From: Octopus sinensis
Taxonomy: Eukaryota
Assembly (NCBI RefSeq): GCF_006345805.1
Contig: NC_043000.1
Coordinates: 72,478,001-72,542,000, forward strand
Direction of reading: 5' to 3'
DNA length: 64,000 nucleotides
Numbering within the stretch: position 1 is the first letter of the stretch; the number at the start of each line of letters is the position of its first letter. The notes beneath the pieces were generated by a model, which saw nothing but the letters and a program-made list of their open reading frames with translations, was not told the origin of the DNA and did no database searches. The translations under genes were made by a program, and so were the position numbers. This document shows positions 25,900-39,062 of the stretch, one piece after another.

Positions 25900-27350
25900 T
25901 CGGGGCTGACTGTTACTCAAGAAGAAACAGCAGAAGTAGAAAGTTCTTGGGTCGTATTTTTAACGGGTGAATTTCGGCAGGCCATTTTTCTGGAGCGTTC
26001 AGAAGTATTGCAACATTTTTAGCAGAAAAATAATAAACACTCACTCAGCATTCACCGAGAAAAAAATAATACGTACGCCCAATGAATATGAGCTCACACT
26101 CGAAACAAATGAACCTTCTTCAGCTTTTCTCCTTATATGGAGTTTTAGGGTATGGTCTTCATTCTCAGAGTCTTGTTTCAAGAATTCTGCTTTTTCTTGA
26201 TTAAACTCCTACACTTCTTTTATTGACAATTCTTTTTTATGCTTCATATCCTCTTCCTTCACCTCCAGGCCCATTGGCGTATCAAAACATACAATTTCCT
26301 GAACTACGGGCTGTGTATCAAATGTCTCAAATGCCCTTAAAGAGATAGCATCTGGCCCCAACGCTCCCGAAGAAGAGTTCAAACGCTTAGGAGACACTTT
26401 TTCTCATGATTTGTCTATGAAATACACAGCCTCTTCCGAAACTCTTTTAATGTCATGCCCCTAGAGGGAAGATACTTTGTATACACTTTTTTTCTTTTCG
26501 AAATTTACTATATATTGCTGATAATAAATTATTGCAAAGAAGTGGTATTGAAAAGGCAGGAAATGAACTGTGATCACATCAGACTCCTATGACATTTCGT
26601 CCCAGTCGCTAAATGATTTGCTGAGGCATTGTCTATAGCAAGAAGGTAGTCTTTAAGTTAGCCATCTACTGTGGGGGAAAATAGATCAATCAACCAAGCA
26701 GTAAATATGTTCCAGGTGACCTAGAACTTCTAGTTAAAAGCCCATTGAAAATTAAACCTGTTATTGTTTATGTTTTTGAAAGCCTTAGGCTTCCCTGAAA
26801 ATTAAAACAGAAGTGACGTTATGTTCAAATCATTGAGGCATTGATGCAAAAATGTATGGCTACAACCCTATTGCAATTAAAATAGTGCTAAAACCAAAAA
26901 TTACTCTGCTATAAAATCTCACAAAATTCAGCACGGTATTTTTCTACAGCAACTTCGAGCTGGCAGTCTCAGCATGCTTCACAGCACTTTGAATACACCA
27001 AACATGCTTTAAAAGATTCGAACCAAAGCTTGCTTTGCATCCTTATCAGTTTCAGTCTAAGGGGCATCTTCCTTAAGTTATTTATAAAGATACTTAGATT
27101 TCTCAATGAAATGCAACACTCACTGATCTTCCATCTCATTTGCATGCATGACACGAATATTATTATGTCCATAAATACCTTTGGCTACCAATGCTCATTG
27201 CTTTTCTTAATCAAACAGATAGTAAATTTGGCCAGTCCGTGCTCATCATTTAGATCACTTGAACTAATGCCACTTCCTTTATTTTCAAAGTAATATCCGT
27301 TTGTATAGGCTTTACGCTTTACTTTCGGCATAATGAATATTCTTGGGAAA
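25900..27350 (-). mobile_element. Tigger/pogo-like transposase remnant
   Basis: Minus-strand pieces GLAKFTICLIKK, WFESFK, VTWNIFTAWLIDLFSPTV and FETFDTQPVVQEIVCFDTPMGLEVKEED resemble Tigger transposases. Confidence 0.7.
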
Positions 27351-27999
27351 AAAGTATAAACCTAAATATCCCCATGTAAAAATTCTATTGGTTTTGCTTC
27401 CAATAAAATAACAAATCAGGATGATGATGTAAACTCGTTTTGCTGTACAAAGACTGTGAATAAGAATTATGGATATGTTTTCTTTTTGGTATCTGTCTAC
27501 TTTAATTTTTAATTTACTAATTTTCTATGGAAATCTTTCTATGATATCATTTATTATATTTGTCGCTAAATTGATGAAAGAACACCCGTTATCATGATTT
27601 TGTTAAACACTAATTTTCGTTACCAAATTTAATTGAGTAAGCATACTGCTTGATGAAATGAAAATATCAATAAATATTTTATTGAGCATATAGATAATTT
27701 ACTAGTTATTGGTTTAATGTTCGAAGCAATTTCTTGATGTAGCAAGCTTTAATCTTCATGGATCATGTTTAATCAACTCTTAACATCAAAACGCAACATG
27801 TAAATTTATTATCCCACTATCCTAAGCGGATGTCTCTACTATTCGCTCAAAACATTACACACAATATAAATAACAATGGTTATCTCATTAAATCTAAATA
27901 TATCCCACGAGAAAATTACAGAGGAATGGCAGGGACAGTTTTTGTGACTTTGGTAGGTTCTCCAAATCGGGTGAATTCCATACGTTTCATGTTCCTCTT

Positions 28000-29300
28000 C
28001 AATTATTGTATGTTGACAGCTGGATGTTAAACATAGACTGAGAGAGAGTTCTAGCAGGCCGGCATTCTAGGAAGAAAGGAAAGATGATGTGCATGGAAAA
28101 TGCAAGAATTGGAGAGTAGACATTATATGGGGGAAAAGAGGAGAGATGAGCAACACTGGAGTGCCTAGTGGACGGGGCAGGAGACCAGCCATTCCTCAGA
28201 ACTGAGGACCACAGATTAGCAGCCGAAAAAGTGGCACATCTGTAGGCCAGAATTTGTAAAGTGTTGGCGAGACTAGTGTTAATTAGTTGGGTTGTCCTTT
28301 TTTTGGGGGTGGGGATGCGGTCTAGGATATTTGTATGAAGCTGCAACGGCGTGCCAGATATGTGAACTACGTTTTATCGCAGATCTCACCTAAAGAAGGT
28401 TGAGGGCTTGTTACAGGCTTGAGTATTCTCTGGAACTGAAGAGAATGGTAGATATTTTTACAATACTGAGGTGTACGTTCACCAGGAGAGATCCGCAATT
28501 ATATGCTGCCAAACATTTTCAGAGAATTAGAGGATTCTAATTGGTTGTTGTTCGTATTTTGGATGAGTACACTGTTCTAACTTAAAGAAGACAAGATCGG
28601 CATAATCCTTCTGGAAGATATTTTTGAGGTCCCTATTTATGAAGTTAGTGCAAGTTTTATGTAAGGTGTCTTGGTTGTATGTAGACTACACTTGGATACA
28701 GAGAGTTAGTGAGGAAGGATAAGTCTTCATCTACATAGGAATAGGCAATGCTGAAGGTGACAGCAAGAAGGTCGTTGTAGTGTAGTAGGAAGAATATGTG
28801 GACAAAACCGAACCCTGCTACGCGCAAAAATTGATAGAGTGTGGATTAGAGAGAACTCACGTAGCACACCCTCCATGATGTGTCTGACAGGAAACCACTG
28901 ATCCAAGAGACGGGTGTCGGACCATTAGGTAAACTGTTTCACTTGGATATTCGCGAGACGAATACGGTTGAACTTCGATGATGTTAAGCGCATTGACACT
29001 GCTTTTATGAAATTTCTCCAGGGCGAAGAACCATTACAGAGTAACAAGCAGAATATGTCTCTAGTAGATATAGCTTTACAAAGACCTCACATGTGATCAC
29101 CGCATACTCAATTCCACTGTTGTCAACATAAGAACAGGTTTCTAAATTCACAATACAGTATCAACCAGGCAAAGGTAAAGTATATCTGTGGAATGGATCT
29201 GTGAATTGCACTCCATTGTTCAAGTGAATACCGTTGTAAACAGGTCATCTCGTCCACAGCTAACCTACGCTACGCACATAACGTTGAAGAAAATGCAAAG
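28000..29300 (-). mobile_element. CR1/Jockey-like LINE RT remnant
   Basis: WISGFLSD, GSVLS..FLLHYNDLL...YSYVDE (RT domains 4-5) across frameshifts. Confidence 0.65.
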
Positions 29301-29699
29301 TAATATCTTCTCTAAACTGCAATAGGTATATTCATAAAATATTACAGTACTCATTTAGTGAAGAGAAAAGTGTGACAAATTTGCAAGGTGTTCAAAAAAT
29401 ACTGTCGAAATGAGCCACTACATACATACATACATACATACATACATACATACATACATACATACTACATACATACATACAATACATACATACATAATAC
29501 ATGCATACATACATGCATTCATGCATATACGCATGTTTTGAAATATCAGAATATAGGATATAGATGCAATATACTACACAGCCCCACACACACTCACACA
29601 AACGTGTGTTCAAATACACACAACTCATGTATATATATTACTCTTTTACTTGTTTCAGTCATTTGTAAATCGACCCCAACTGTAAATGGAAAGAGCTAT

Positions 29700-30000
29700 T
29701 GACCAACATATACCCACTTTCATAAGCACCTGTCATTCTCCTCTCACACTCTTATGAACCTAGCCACCCACAACTCCCTATCTTCAGTTCATATGCTCTC
29801 TTTTACCCACATTAAAAGTATGCTCTAACACCTTGTTACAAAAATCTCTCTCTTTCCAGCTACTTCCACCTAGTCTTATATAATTTGATGTAGCCATATA
29901 CTTTTTCAATAGCAAGACTCCTGTGTCTGTTCCTTTATCATATTTTAGTCTCAACCCCTGATATAAAACCACTCCCCCTTAGGTAGTTTCTTCTTTGTTG
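29700..30000 (-). mobile_element. Short RTE-like RT fragment
   Basis: KYDKG...NYIRL...NKVLEH resembles the NYRGIKL...KV.ER segment; highly degraded. Confidence 0.4.
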
Positions 30001-30284
30001 TCTTGCAAGTTACTTAACAATTTTTAACTGAGCCAATGTCACAAAAAAGCACCCACTACACTCAGCTGGGATTAGGAAGGGTATCCATAAAATGAAAAAA
30101 ATGAGATTAATTTGGTAGAGAGAAGCTATGTGGAAGTTCAATGGACATCTTACCTGACTGCTTCATTTTTTTATGGCTTAGACTCAGATCTAAGCACTTG
30201 AGTAAAATATCTACAAAAAGAAAAGTCTACACCCTATTTTTGGTAACATACTTAATTCTTTCCTTTTAACCAGATCACTTATTC

Positions 30285-30417
30285 GTTGGAAGCCTAGTGC
30301 TTATTCTATCGGTCTTTATTGCCGAACCGCTAAGTTACGGGGAACGTAAACACACCACCATCGGTTGTCAAGCGATGTTGGGGGACAAACACAGACACAC
30401 AAACATTTACACACATA

Positions 30418-30453
<36 letters not shown>

Positions 30454-30479
30454 TAAATAAATGGTACAACGAGGCACCG

Positions 30480-30510
<31 letters not shown>

Positions 30511-30846
30511 TATTAGAGACAAAACCACTATTTTGCAAAAGAAACAAGGAAAGACTTAATCAATACATAAAATTTTAATAAATAGTCAAAAAAACCGCCA
30601 CTACAATTGTTTCTTGTCTTGATCGACAATCTTCAGGTGGACTTCCAATAAGTCAGTTTCAAATTATATATATATATATACACATATATACAACGGGCTT
30701 CTTTCAGTTTCCGTCTACCAAATTCACTCACAAGGCTTTAATCGGCCCGAGGCTATAGCAGATAACACTTGCCCAATGTGCCACGCAGTGAGACTGAACC
30801 CGGAAGCATGTGGTTGGAAAGCAAGCTTCCTTCTACACAGCCGTGC
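30285..30846 (-). mobile_element. tRNA-derived SINE (family A) with a Penelope fragment inserted in its (TA)n tract
   Basis: Body 30285-30400 and head 30680-30846 match 35555-35950; the intervening 30500-30665 is unrelated and carries the hammerhead. Confidence 0.8.
30598..30640 (-). ncRNA. Compact canonical type I hammerhead ribozyme motif
   Basis: Minus: CCAC-CTGAAGA-TTGTC-GATCAA-GACAA-GAAAC-AATT-GTA-GTGG. All core nucleotides present, 4-bp stem I, 5-bp stem II, palindromic ACAATTGT stem III, GUA triplet. Confidence 0.8.
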
Positions 30847-31394
30847 TTTTTGAGTAAATATGATAGATGGAAATTGTGTGGAAGCTCGTCGCGTGTAGGT
30901 GTGTGCGTGTGTTTGTGCGTGTGTGTGCATGTGTTTGTCTGTGTATGAGCGTCTTTGTACTTGTGATTGCCACCATCAACCAGTTGATAAGCGATGTAGG
31001 TTCATTTGTATCCTTGTAATTTAGCAGTTCGACAAATCAAAATGCAATAAATTAAGCACCAGACTTACAGTAAGTACAGAAGTCGATTCATTCAACTAAA
31101 CACTTCGTGGGGGTGCCCCAGTATAACCGCAATCCAATAGCCGGAACAAGTAGCAGAATAAATGCTATCTTAGAAAAGATCTTAGAAAATCAAGCTCATA
31201 GCTTTCATCACCTAGCTTTAAAAACCAAATGCATTCCCACCTGCATTATTCTAACCAGCAGAAGCATCTCCCTCTAGACAGTTTTATATTACTTTATGTA
31301 CTCACACATACACACACACACACACACCACACACACACACACACACCACATATACACACACGTATCTCATCTTTTTGCATATGTATATCTATAT

Positions 31395-31610
31395 ATATAT
31401 TCTCTCTTTTATTTGTTTCATTCATTAAATCGCATTCATGCTAGGGTACCTTCTTAAATAAGTTTTGATCGAATGAATCTGCACCAGTACTTCTGTTTTA
31501 AGCCTAGTTCTTGTTCTATCGGTTTCTTTTGCCGAACCGCTGAGATACAGGGATGTAAACAAACCAACATCGGTTGTCAAACGGCTTTGCGGGATAAACA
31601 GAAGCACAAA
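31395..31610 (-). mobile_element. SINE family A, 3' half
   Basis: Matches 35555-35760. Confidence 0.75.
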
Positions 31611-31639
31611 GACACACGATATTACATTTTATGTCTCAG

Positions 31640-32450
31640 TTTTTCAGGAACAGCTTGTTGTATTCAGGAACTGTCAACGGCGTTGGAGAGCATAAAGATT
31701 AAAGTTGTGGTTGAGAAAAAGTTTGCAGACATGGACGACCAGAAGCTATCTGAATTGGAAAAGAGTTATCTGTATCATGATGATTCGTGCCATGTATCAG
31801 AGTATCGACATCATGGCTCAATGTTCTGTGTACAATGTAAAGACGTGACATGGACAGCTGTAACGGACGGAGACTACGAGGCCCTGACCTGCAAGAAGAG
31901 ACACTGCAAGCATTCTGACTGAATCTGCACGTCGTATCTCCACATCTTTGAACAGAGACTTAGGCCCAATTTCAGATGACTATATGAAACTAATGGGGAC
32001 TGGTCATATCCTGACTGGTGCGGGTTACTGTGTGGCAGCAGGATTCGGCTCCCGACTTCACCAGCTCCAATTGCCAGTAACCTAATACCCCCGATTGTAA
32101 TCCTATGCATTAGTATGTCTAGGGCGCGGTTGAGAAAGACATCAGCTGCACTTACTGCAATACCAAGGTCAAGCTAGAGGCCAAGATCAAGGAAGTGCTC
32201 GAAAATCTTCCCAGGTACACGAGGGAAATATACGCCAGGTTCTGGTGTGATTTGAAGCTGTGGTGGAAAGAGTTACCTCCCGTCCATAATCTAGTTGATA
32301 ATTTTTACTTTTTTTAAAATACTTTTGTTTTTGGATGGGATACTGCGTTTTCTTCATCTTGTAAGCAAACTGAAATTTAGCCCGAACAACTTGTATCATT
32401 GTACGTTGTCTATTGGTTTTGTTAGAATGATAAAATTGACACTCGGCAAA
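31640..32450 (+). mobile_element. Degenerate maT/DD37D-like Tc1-mariner transposase
   Basis: VWQQDSAP and P..PDCNPMH*YV*GAVEKD...CNTKVKLEAKIKEVLENLPR...RF..DLKL across frameshifts. Confidence 0.8.
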
Positions 32451-32846
32451 ATTTAAAAAGAAAATAAAAAAATATTAGAATTATTTTAGTCGATACTCAG
32501 CTATTTCCACCACTCTAGTTGTATTGGGTTGTGTTTCCATACATTCAATGAATTAGAAGTGCATTTATCTACTAGTAAACAACTTACTTGAAATGTTTCC
32601 GCAATTAATATTTTTTTAGTCCTTCCCATCTAGTTTGATAAGCATAAAATTCTAATCGGAAAATGCAACTTCAATAATATACATTGCTCCAACATCCGTT
32701 TACAATATAGTGGCCCATAAGTAGAGTACTTAAGATCCTTTTTACTTGCATGAAGGCATCCTTTTGTATTAATGTGCCATTATAAACGGATTTAGGAGTT
32801 TCGAATAATATTGAAATAGGTTTCCGACTAGTATGTCCAAGATGGG

Positions 32847-32902
32847 AGTGGAGTGCTTGCGCATTCCACTTATACATATATATAAACACGCTGCATGACT
32901 CA
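32847..32902 (+). promoter_or_regulatory. Candidate core promoter of the VWA gene
   Basis: TATATAAA at 32879-32886, 70 nt before the ATG at 32956. Near-perfect inverted repeat AGTGGAGTGC-TTGC-GCATTCCACT at 32847-32870. TGACTCA (AP-1-like) at 32896-32902. Confidence 0.4.
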
Positions 32903-32955
32903 AGTATGTGTATGCAAACAAGAGCCAGCAAGATCTCAGTAACAAAAGACGCAAT

Positions 32956-32988
32956 ATGTACAGAGTTTTTGTACTGACACTAATCTTG
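32956..32988 (+). CDS. VWA matrix-protein gene exon 1 (signal peptide MYRVFVLTLIL)
   Basis: ATG, hydrophobic run, strong donor TTG|GTGAGT in phase 0. Confidence 0.7.
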
Positions 32989-33983
32989 GTGAGTATATTT
33001 TTTAAAAATATTAATTACTGTCAGATCTACATCTTCCTTGTAAGTTTCTGCAATGACTTTGAATTTAATATCCTTATTTTCAAAATGTAAATGAAACTTT
33101 TGAGTGATACAACTAGTTTGTTGGTTGTTTTGAGTAGCTTCAAGTTAGCTCTGACTATCTAAAGACGAGGCACAGTCCATATTTTATACCATGTCTCCAT
33201 CTAACACAAGAACGTATTGTATAATTTTGCACTGTGGTGATGAATCACTTGATATGTTGACTTGTTTTCATTGTCAAATCAATTCGAATGCGATGCTGGT
33301 GGAGACAATAGCAGAGACGGCTAAGGTGATCTTGATGTTCGTCTGCGCCTGTTCTTTGTTGATGTTCATCCTACCACTGTTGCAGCTTCTTCTGTGTGTC
33401 TATATCGTTTTCTCTTCTGTCCAGACTGAGCAGGAGAAATGGTGTCTTTAAAGTACTGTTGTATTAGTTTTTAGCGATACATATGGGTGTTTCGATGAGG
33501 TTTTTACGTAACGACAGGGACTGTGGTCTTGAAACTTATATCGTTATGTCCCAGTAGTGTTTCACTTTTAGTACCTTAGTTTTGTTTATCATTATTTATC
33601 TATGTATAACTTGCAATAATGCATAGTGCAAAATTTTGTGTGGTTTGCAATGGGGAGATTGGATACGACCGACATAGTCTAAAATAGCTCGTTTGTATTG
33701 TTTATACACCATTTTCTGAATTACAATACTTGACAGTTTGAAAGATTCAATGAGATTCAATGGTGTCTTAATGGAGTCTTAAACACAGAAAAAGTTACAT
33801 GTTAATAAATAAGTTAATGTTTTTAGATGTATTTATGTGATTAGACACAAAGATGCTCATGAAAATAAACATAGTAGAAATAGATCGAACTGTATAGTCA
33901 TTCTTACTTTCTATACCTTCTACCACATTCTAGTTTAAAATGTCTATGAAATATCTTTTTAAATTGTTGTAATTTTCTGTTAT

Positions 33984-34079
<96 letters not shown>

Positions 34080-34131
34080 GTTAAATATTTGTTGTGCAAG
34101 ATTTTTTATGTGAAGTCGTGTGTTGAAACAG

Positions 34132-34817
34132 ATATTGTTATATTTCGGAATGGTCATTTTGCCAGTTTAGCCAATAAAAACATATGACGATAGAGGATCC
34201 CGAAAACATAATAAATACACAGATAAATAAACAAATAGAAATAAATAACTATATATATAGTTATTTATTTCTATTTATATATATTTTCGATTCGATTTAT
34301 TATTATTATTACTAGTATTGTTGTTATACATACATACATACATACATACATACATACATACATACATACATACATACATACATACATACAAGCATAAGTA
34401 ATGATAATAATAAGTGGATGTAAACACATGAACAAAATAAGAATAAACAAAAACAACAACAACAAAAACAAAATACAAATTACATGAACGTATATAAACA
34501 GATGATACAAATATTACAGGCATCCCCCACATACACACACTAAATAAACATAGACGCACATAGAGATATAAGCATGCGCAAATGAAGACATACAATAGAA
34601 ATACAAAATGGCTGACGGTTAGTAAGGAGAGACACAAATAAGAAAGAAGAAAACAAAGGACCACTGATGCGGTCACAGGAGTGTGATGAAAGAACTCTGG
34701 CCGAAATAAGATTAAGATTAATGTAAAAAAAATAAATAACACTGAAGCAAAATAACACCAAATATATAGTGCGTGTGTTTTATTGGCTAAACTGGCAAAA
34801 TGACCATTCCGAAATAT

Positions 34818-34825
<8 letters not shown>
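34132..34825 (+). mobile_element. Penelope-like fragment with ~50-bp inverted termini and a degenerate hammerhead (34661-34700)
   Basis: 34132-34182 is the reverse complement of 34776-34825 with one indel. CCA-CTGATGC-GGTCACAGGAGTGTGAT-GAAAG-AA-CTC-TGG has a core A->C change. Confidence 0.65.
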
Positions 34826-34872
<47 letters not shown>

Positions 34873-34884
34873 GTGTGTGTGTGT

Positions 34885-34947
<63 letters not shown>

Positions 34948-34959
34948 TGTGAGTGTGTG

Positions 34960-35450
34960 TGTGTGTGTGTGAAAAATGTAAAAAGAAATGGAGATGTAGC
35001 ATTTAATAAAGGTTTATTACCAGCAAAAATCAAACATAGTCCCTTACTCCTGTTCCAATTAAGCCCAATAAAAATTAAATAAATATTATTAAAACCATTG
35101 GGTGGGGATCTCTTCAGAGGAGTTCAAAAATTATATACTCTTAGGTCTTTTATGTGTTGTATTATAAAATCATCACTGCATACACGAAAATATTATTTAT
35201 AGCTAATAGCGGTATATGCCTGAGTTAGGGGGTTTAAGGTTGTTTTAGTGGGTAAGAAATAATATGTAAATATAATTCGGGTGATAATGGATAAATAAAT
35301 AGAGATTAAATAGTAAATTATAATGAAAAAAGTATCATATGAATGAGGTGATAAATGAAATACTTTACTAAAATTGAGGAAAACCTTTATAAAATTCATA
35401 TACAAAAATATATTAACACTGGTCTGACATTCATCTTTTACTTCAGTTTC
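34960..35450 (-). repeat. Interspersed repeat, second copy at ~40755-41100 in opposite orientation
   Basis: Shared blocks TGCCTGAGTTAGGGG, AAGTATCATATGAATGAGGTGATAAATG and CATTCATCTTTTACTTCAG. Confidence 0.75.
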
Positions 35451-35470
35451 TGTGTGTATATATATGTATA

Positions 35471-35510
<40 letters not shown>

Positions 35511-35554
35511 GATGTATAAATACATATACCTATATATATATATATATACTTTTT

Positions 35555-35950
35555 ACTTTTACTTGTTTCTGTCATTTGACTGCGGCCATGCTGGAGCACC
35601 GCCGAGCACCGCCTTTAGTCGAGCAAATCGATCCCAGGATCTAATCTTTGTAAGCCCAGTACTTATTATATCGGTTTCTTTTTGCCGAACCGCTAAGTGA
35701 CGGGGACGTAAACACACCAGCAGGGGTTGTCAAGCAATGCTAGAGGGACAAACACAAACACACACATATATATATATACATATATACGACAGGCTTCTTT
35801 CAGTTTCCGTCCACCAAATCCACTCACAAGGCATTGGTCGGCCCGGGGCTATAGCAGAAGACACTTGCCCAAGGTGCCACGCAGTGGGACTGAACCGGAA
35901 CCATGTGGTTGGTTAGCAAGCTACTTACCACACGGCCACTCCTGCGCCTA
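35555..35950 (-). mobile_element. Full-length tRNA-derived SINE (family A)
   Basis: Minus head GGCGCAGGAGTGGCCGTGTGG (A box) ... GGTTCAGTCCC (B box), internal (TA) tract, tail ending CAGTCAAATGACAGAAACAAG. Confidence 0.9.
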
Positions 35951-36057
<107 letters not shown>

Positions 36058-36101
36058 ATATATATATATATATAATATGTATATATATATATAGAGAGAG
36101 A

Positions 36102-36405
36102 GAGGCGCAATGACCTAGTGGTTAGGGCAGCGGACTACCGGTTGTAAGATCGCGGTTTCGATTCCCGGACCGGGCGTTGTGAGTGTTTATTGAGCGAAAA
36201 CACCTAAAGCTCCACGAGGCTCCGGCAAGGGATGGTGGCGATCCCTGCTATGCTCTTTCGCCACAACTTTCTCTCGCTCTTTCTTCTGTTGGTCTGCTCG
36301 CTTAGCCAGCGGGGTGGCGTCATTTGAAGGCTAAAACAATGCGAAGCGCATTGTGACCAGCGATGTGTAGCAACATCTGATAGACTGGTCGGTCACGGTC
36401 ACGGT
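36102..36405 (+). mobile_element. tRNA-derived SINE (family C)
   Basis: GAGGCGCAATGACCTAGTGGTTAGGG (A box), GGTTTCGATTCCC (B box), tail (GGTCAC)n. Confidence 0.8.
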
Positions 36406-36419
36406 CATATATATATATA

Positions 36420-37730
36420 CTAGCAGAGATACCCGGCGTTGCCCATGTTAAATACAACTGAAGAATTAAACTTTTTTGTTATATTTTCTGTAATGAACTG
36501 GAATATCTATGTTTCGAATTTCATCAAAATTGCAGATGAGGGTTATTTCCCTCTTTGCACCCCCAAAAAATTGTAATCGTGTGACATGTATCCCATACTA
36601 CTGATTTTTATGTGCATATTCCAAAATTCCAGTCTTATTGAACCTGTTAAAAAGATTTTGCTCCTGAAAAATGAAGGTCATGGAGCTATAAAATGTGAGA
36701 GTTAAGGCCCCTGTTGGAAGTGGGCATCTTAATGTCAACCAGAGAAGTTGAATTGTTGGGAATCTTTTTAACTTGGGTCTTATATCTATTGTTTGAATTT
36801 CTTTGAAATAGGAAATATATGTTCACTGGGTTTGTAAAAGAGAGCAAAGCTACAGGAAACCAAAAGACGAATGATCACAATAAGCAGTCAGTTACCCTAC
36901 CCTAGTCGCTACCACTCCCAATGTAGGATTCCTCACCATCCAGGTGAGAGGCACAGTCGTAAGATGCATTACGAATCTATAGCAATTGGAAGGGAGTGAC
37001 CCAACTGAAATCAACATTAACAACTGTGTGACGTGAGGGCTAAGGAGAAATTAAAGTGTCACCTCTGGAGTTTGCAAATGACCACTATACTGATACGTAA
37101 CTGGACAGAATGAATTTACAATCTATAAATGTCTTTGAATAACCAGTCACTCATCTGGGGAGGCCTTGAAATCAATGCTACCATCTGGGGACTATGTGTG
37201 ACCTAGTGATAATAAAAAGTCTGAAAGGAGGTTTGCAATCAAATAACTTTACTCAACACTTTGCAACTAAATCAGTGGAGGCAAAGATGCCTCTCATTTA
37301 CTTGACAATTTATGCACCACATTGCAGAAATAATCATGTAAGTGTCTGTCAAAGCAAACTCTTACACTGTTGTACCATTGAGTTAAAAATAATCCTCAAC
37401 TTTTATGCTCGGGTAACCCTACAGCTTCCAAGAGCACAACTGTATTCGTTTTTGTTTAGATAAAATGACAAAATTGTGGGTGTTAAGTCCCCATGGAAGG
37501 GTTTTTCTGACTTGTAAGAAGATGAAATTTTATAAATATTACTTCGTGTCTAATATCTATGGTTAAAATTTCATCAACAGCAAAAATATATGATTTGTCA
37601 TGGGGGTTATGGCCCTTATGCATAGACTATGATTTCCAAATTTCATAAAGATCCATTCAGTACTTTTGACCTAGTTTTGGATCATAGAAGAAATGACTAA
37701 AATTTGGGAGTTAAGACTCCCATTAGGGTG

Positions 37731-37735
<5 letters not shown>
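36420..37735 (-). mobile_element. Non-autonomous Helitron-like element
   Basis: Minus 3' end CATGGGCAACGCCGGGTATCTCTGCTAG|T (hairpin remnant + CTAG); the 5' end is lost in microsatellites. Confidence 0.55.
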
Positions 37736-37786
<51 letters not shown>

Positions 37787-37790
37787 ATAG

Positions 37791-37835
<45 letters not shown>

Positions 37836-37839
37836 TAGC

Positions 37840-37941
<102 letters not shown>

Positions 37942-38029
37942 TACATATAAATATATACGCACACACATACACATACAAAGGTAAATTGATAGATACAACT
38001 GAGTGGGCAAACAAAAATATGAGACACTG

Positions 38030-38360
38030 CGTAGTGCTTTTTTTATATTTTGATAAGCCTGGTACTTATTCTATCAGTTTCTTCTTGTGAAACCAGTATG
38101 TTATGGGGATGTAAGTATACGAACACCAGTTGTGAAGCAGTGATGAAGGAGAAACACAAACACACACACATAGACTTACATATATACATACATATACATG
38201 CAATTGATTTCTTTCAGTTTCTGTTTACAAAATCCACTGACAAGGCTTTGGTTGGTCTGAGGGTATAGCAGAAGACACATGCCAAGTTACCACACAGTGG
38301 GACTGAACTGAGGACCATGTGTTTTGGAACCAAGTTTGTTACCACACAACCACACCTGTA
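38030..38360 (-). mobile_element. SINE family A copy
   Basis: Matches 35555-35950, more diverged. Confidence 0.8.
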
Positions 38361-38540
38361 CCTATATATGTGTGTGTGTATGTGTGTATAGGTGTATATA
38401 TGTATGCATGTATATATGTGCATATATATATGTGTACATATTACATCTACATCTATATATATATATATACATCTAGACATACATGTATATCTATAGAAAT
38501 ACATCTATACATATACATGTGTACATATTACATCTACATC

Positions 38541-38619
<79 letters not shown>

Positions 38620-38669
38620 CCATATATATACATGTATATATACATACACACATCCATATACATACAACA

Positions 38670-38910
38670 GATGTTTTTGTTTCACTTTTAACACGTAATA
38701 CTGAAATAGTGGAGAAAATGTGATATTGCTGTGGGCTCGCACTGGGCAAGAAGATAAACATTTTTTGCCCATGACATTACATGGACCCTAAGTAAGGCAT
38801 GTGTAAAATTTGAATGAATTTGGTTGTGTAGTTCTCAAGTTTTAGGGATTCACACAGACAGACAGACAGACAGACATACAGACACACATTCTCAGTTTTA
38901 TATATATTGA
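38670..38910 (-). mobile_element. Helitron 5' fragment (same family as 1269-4216)
   Basis: Reverse complement of 1269-1507. Confidence 0.75.
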
Positions 38911-39062
38911 TATATACATATACACAAAGTATGGGGGTTAGTTCACAAGTGATCTAAACGATTAGGTACACTAGGTAAGTACTGTAACGGATTACTGGGG
39001 TTGCAAAGTTATAGCCGAGACGGTAGTTGTGGAGCCATTGTAGATTTTCGATGCAGCGGATA

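Noticed and set aside
31473-31922. 149-aa Cys/His-rich ORF as a novel zinc-binding protein
   Set aside because: It starts in a SINE and continues in an off-frame reading of the decayed maT transposase.
33191-33451. Hydrophobic ORF or possible GPCR TM6 fragment on the minus strand
   Set aside because: No recognisable family motif, stops in the flanking frames, and no compatible splice sites found.
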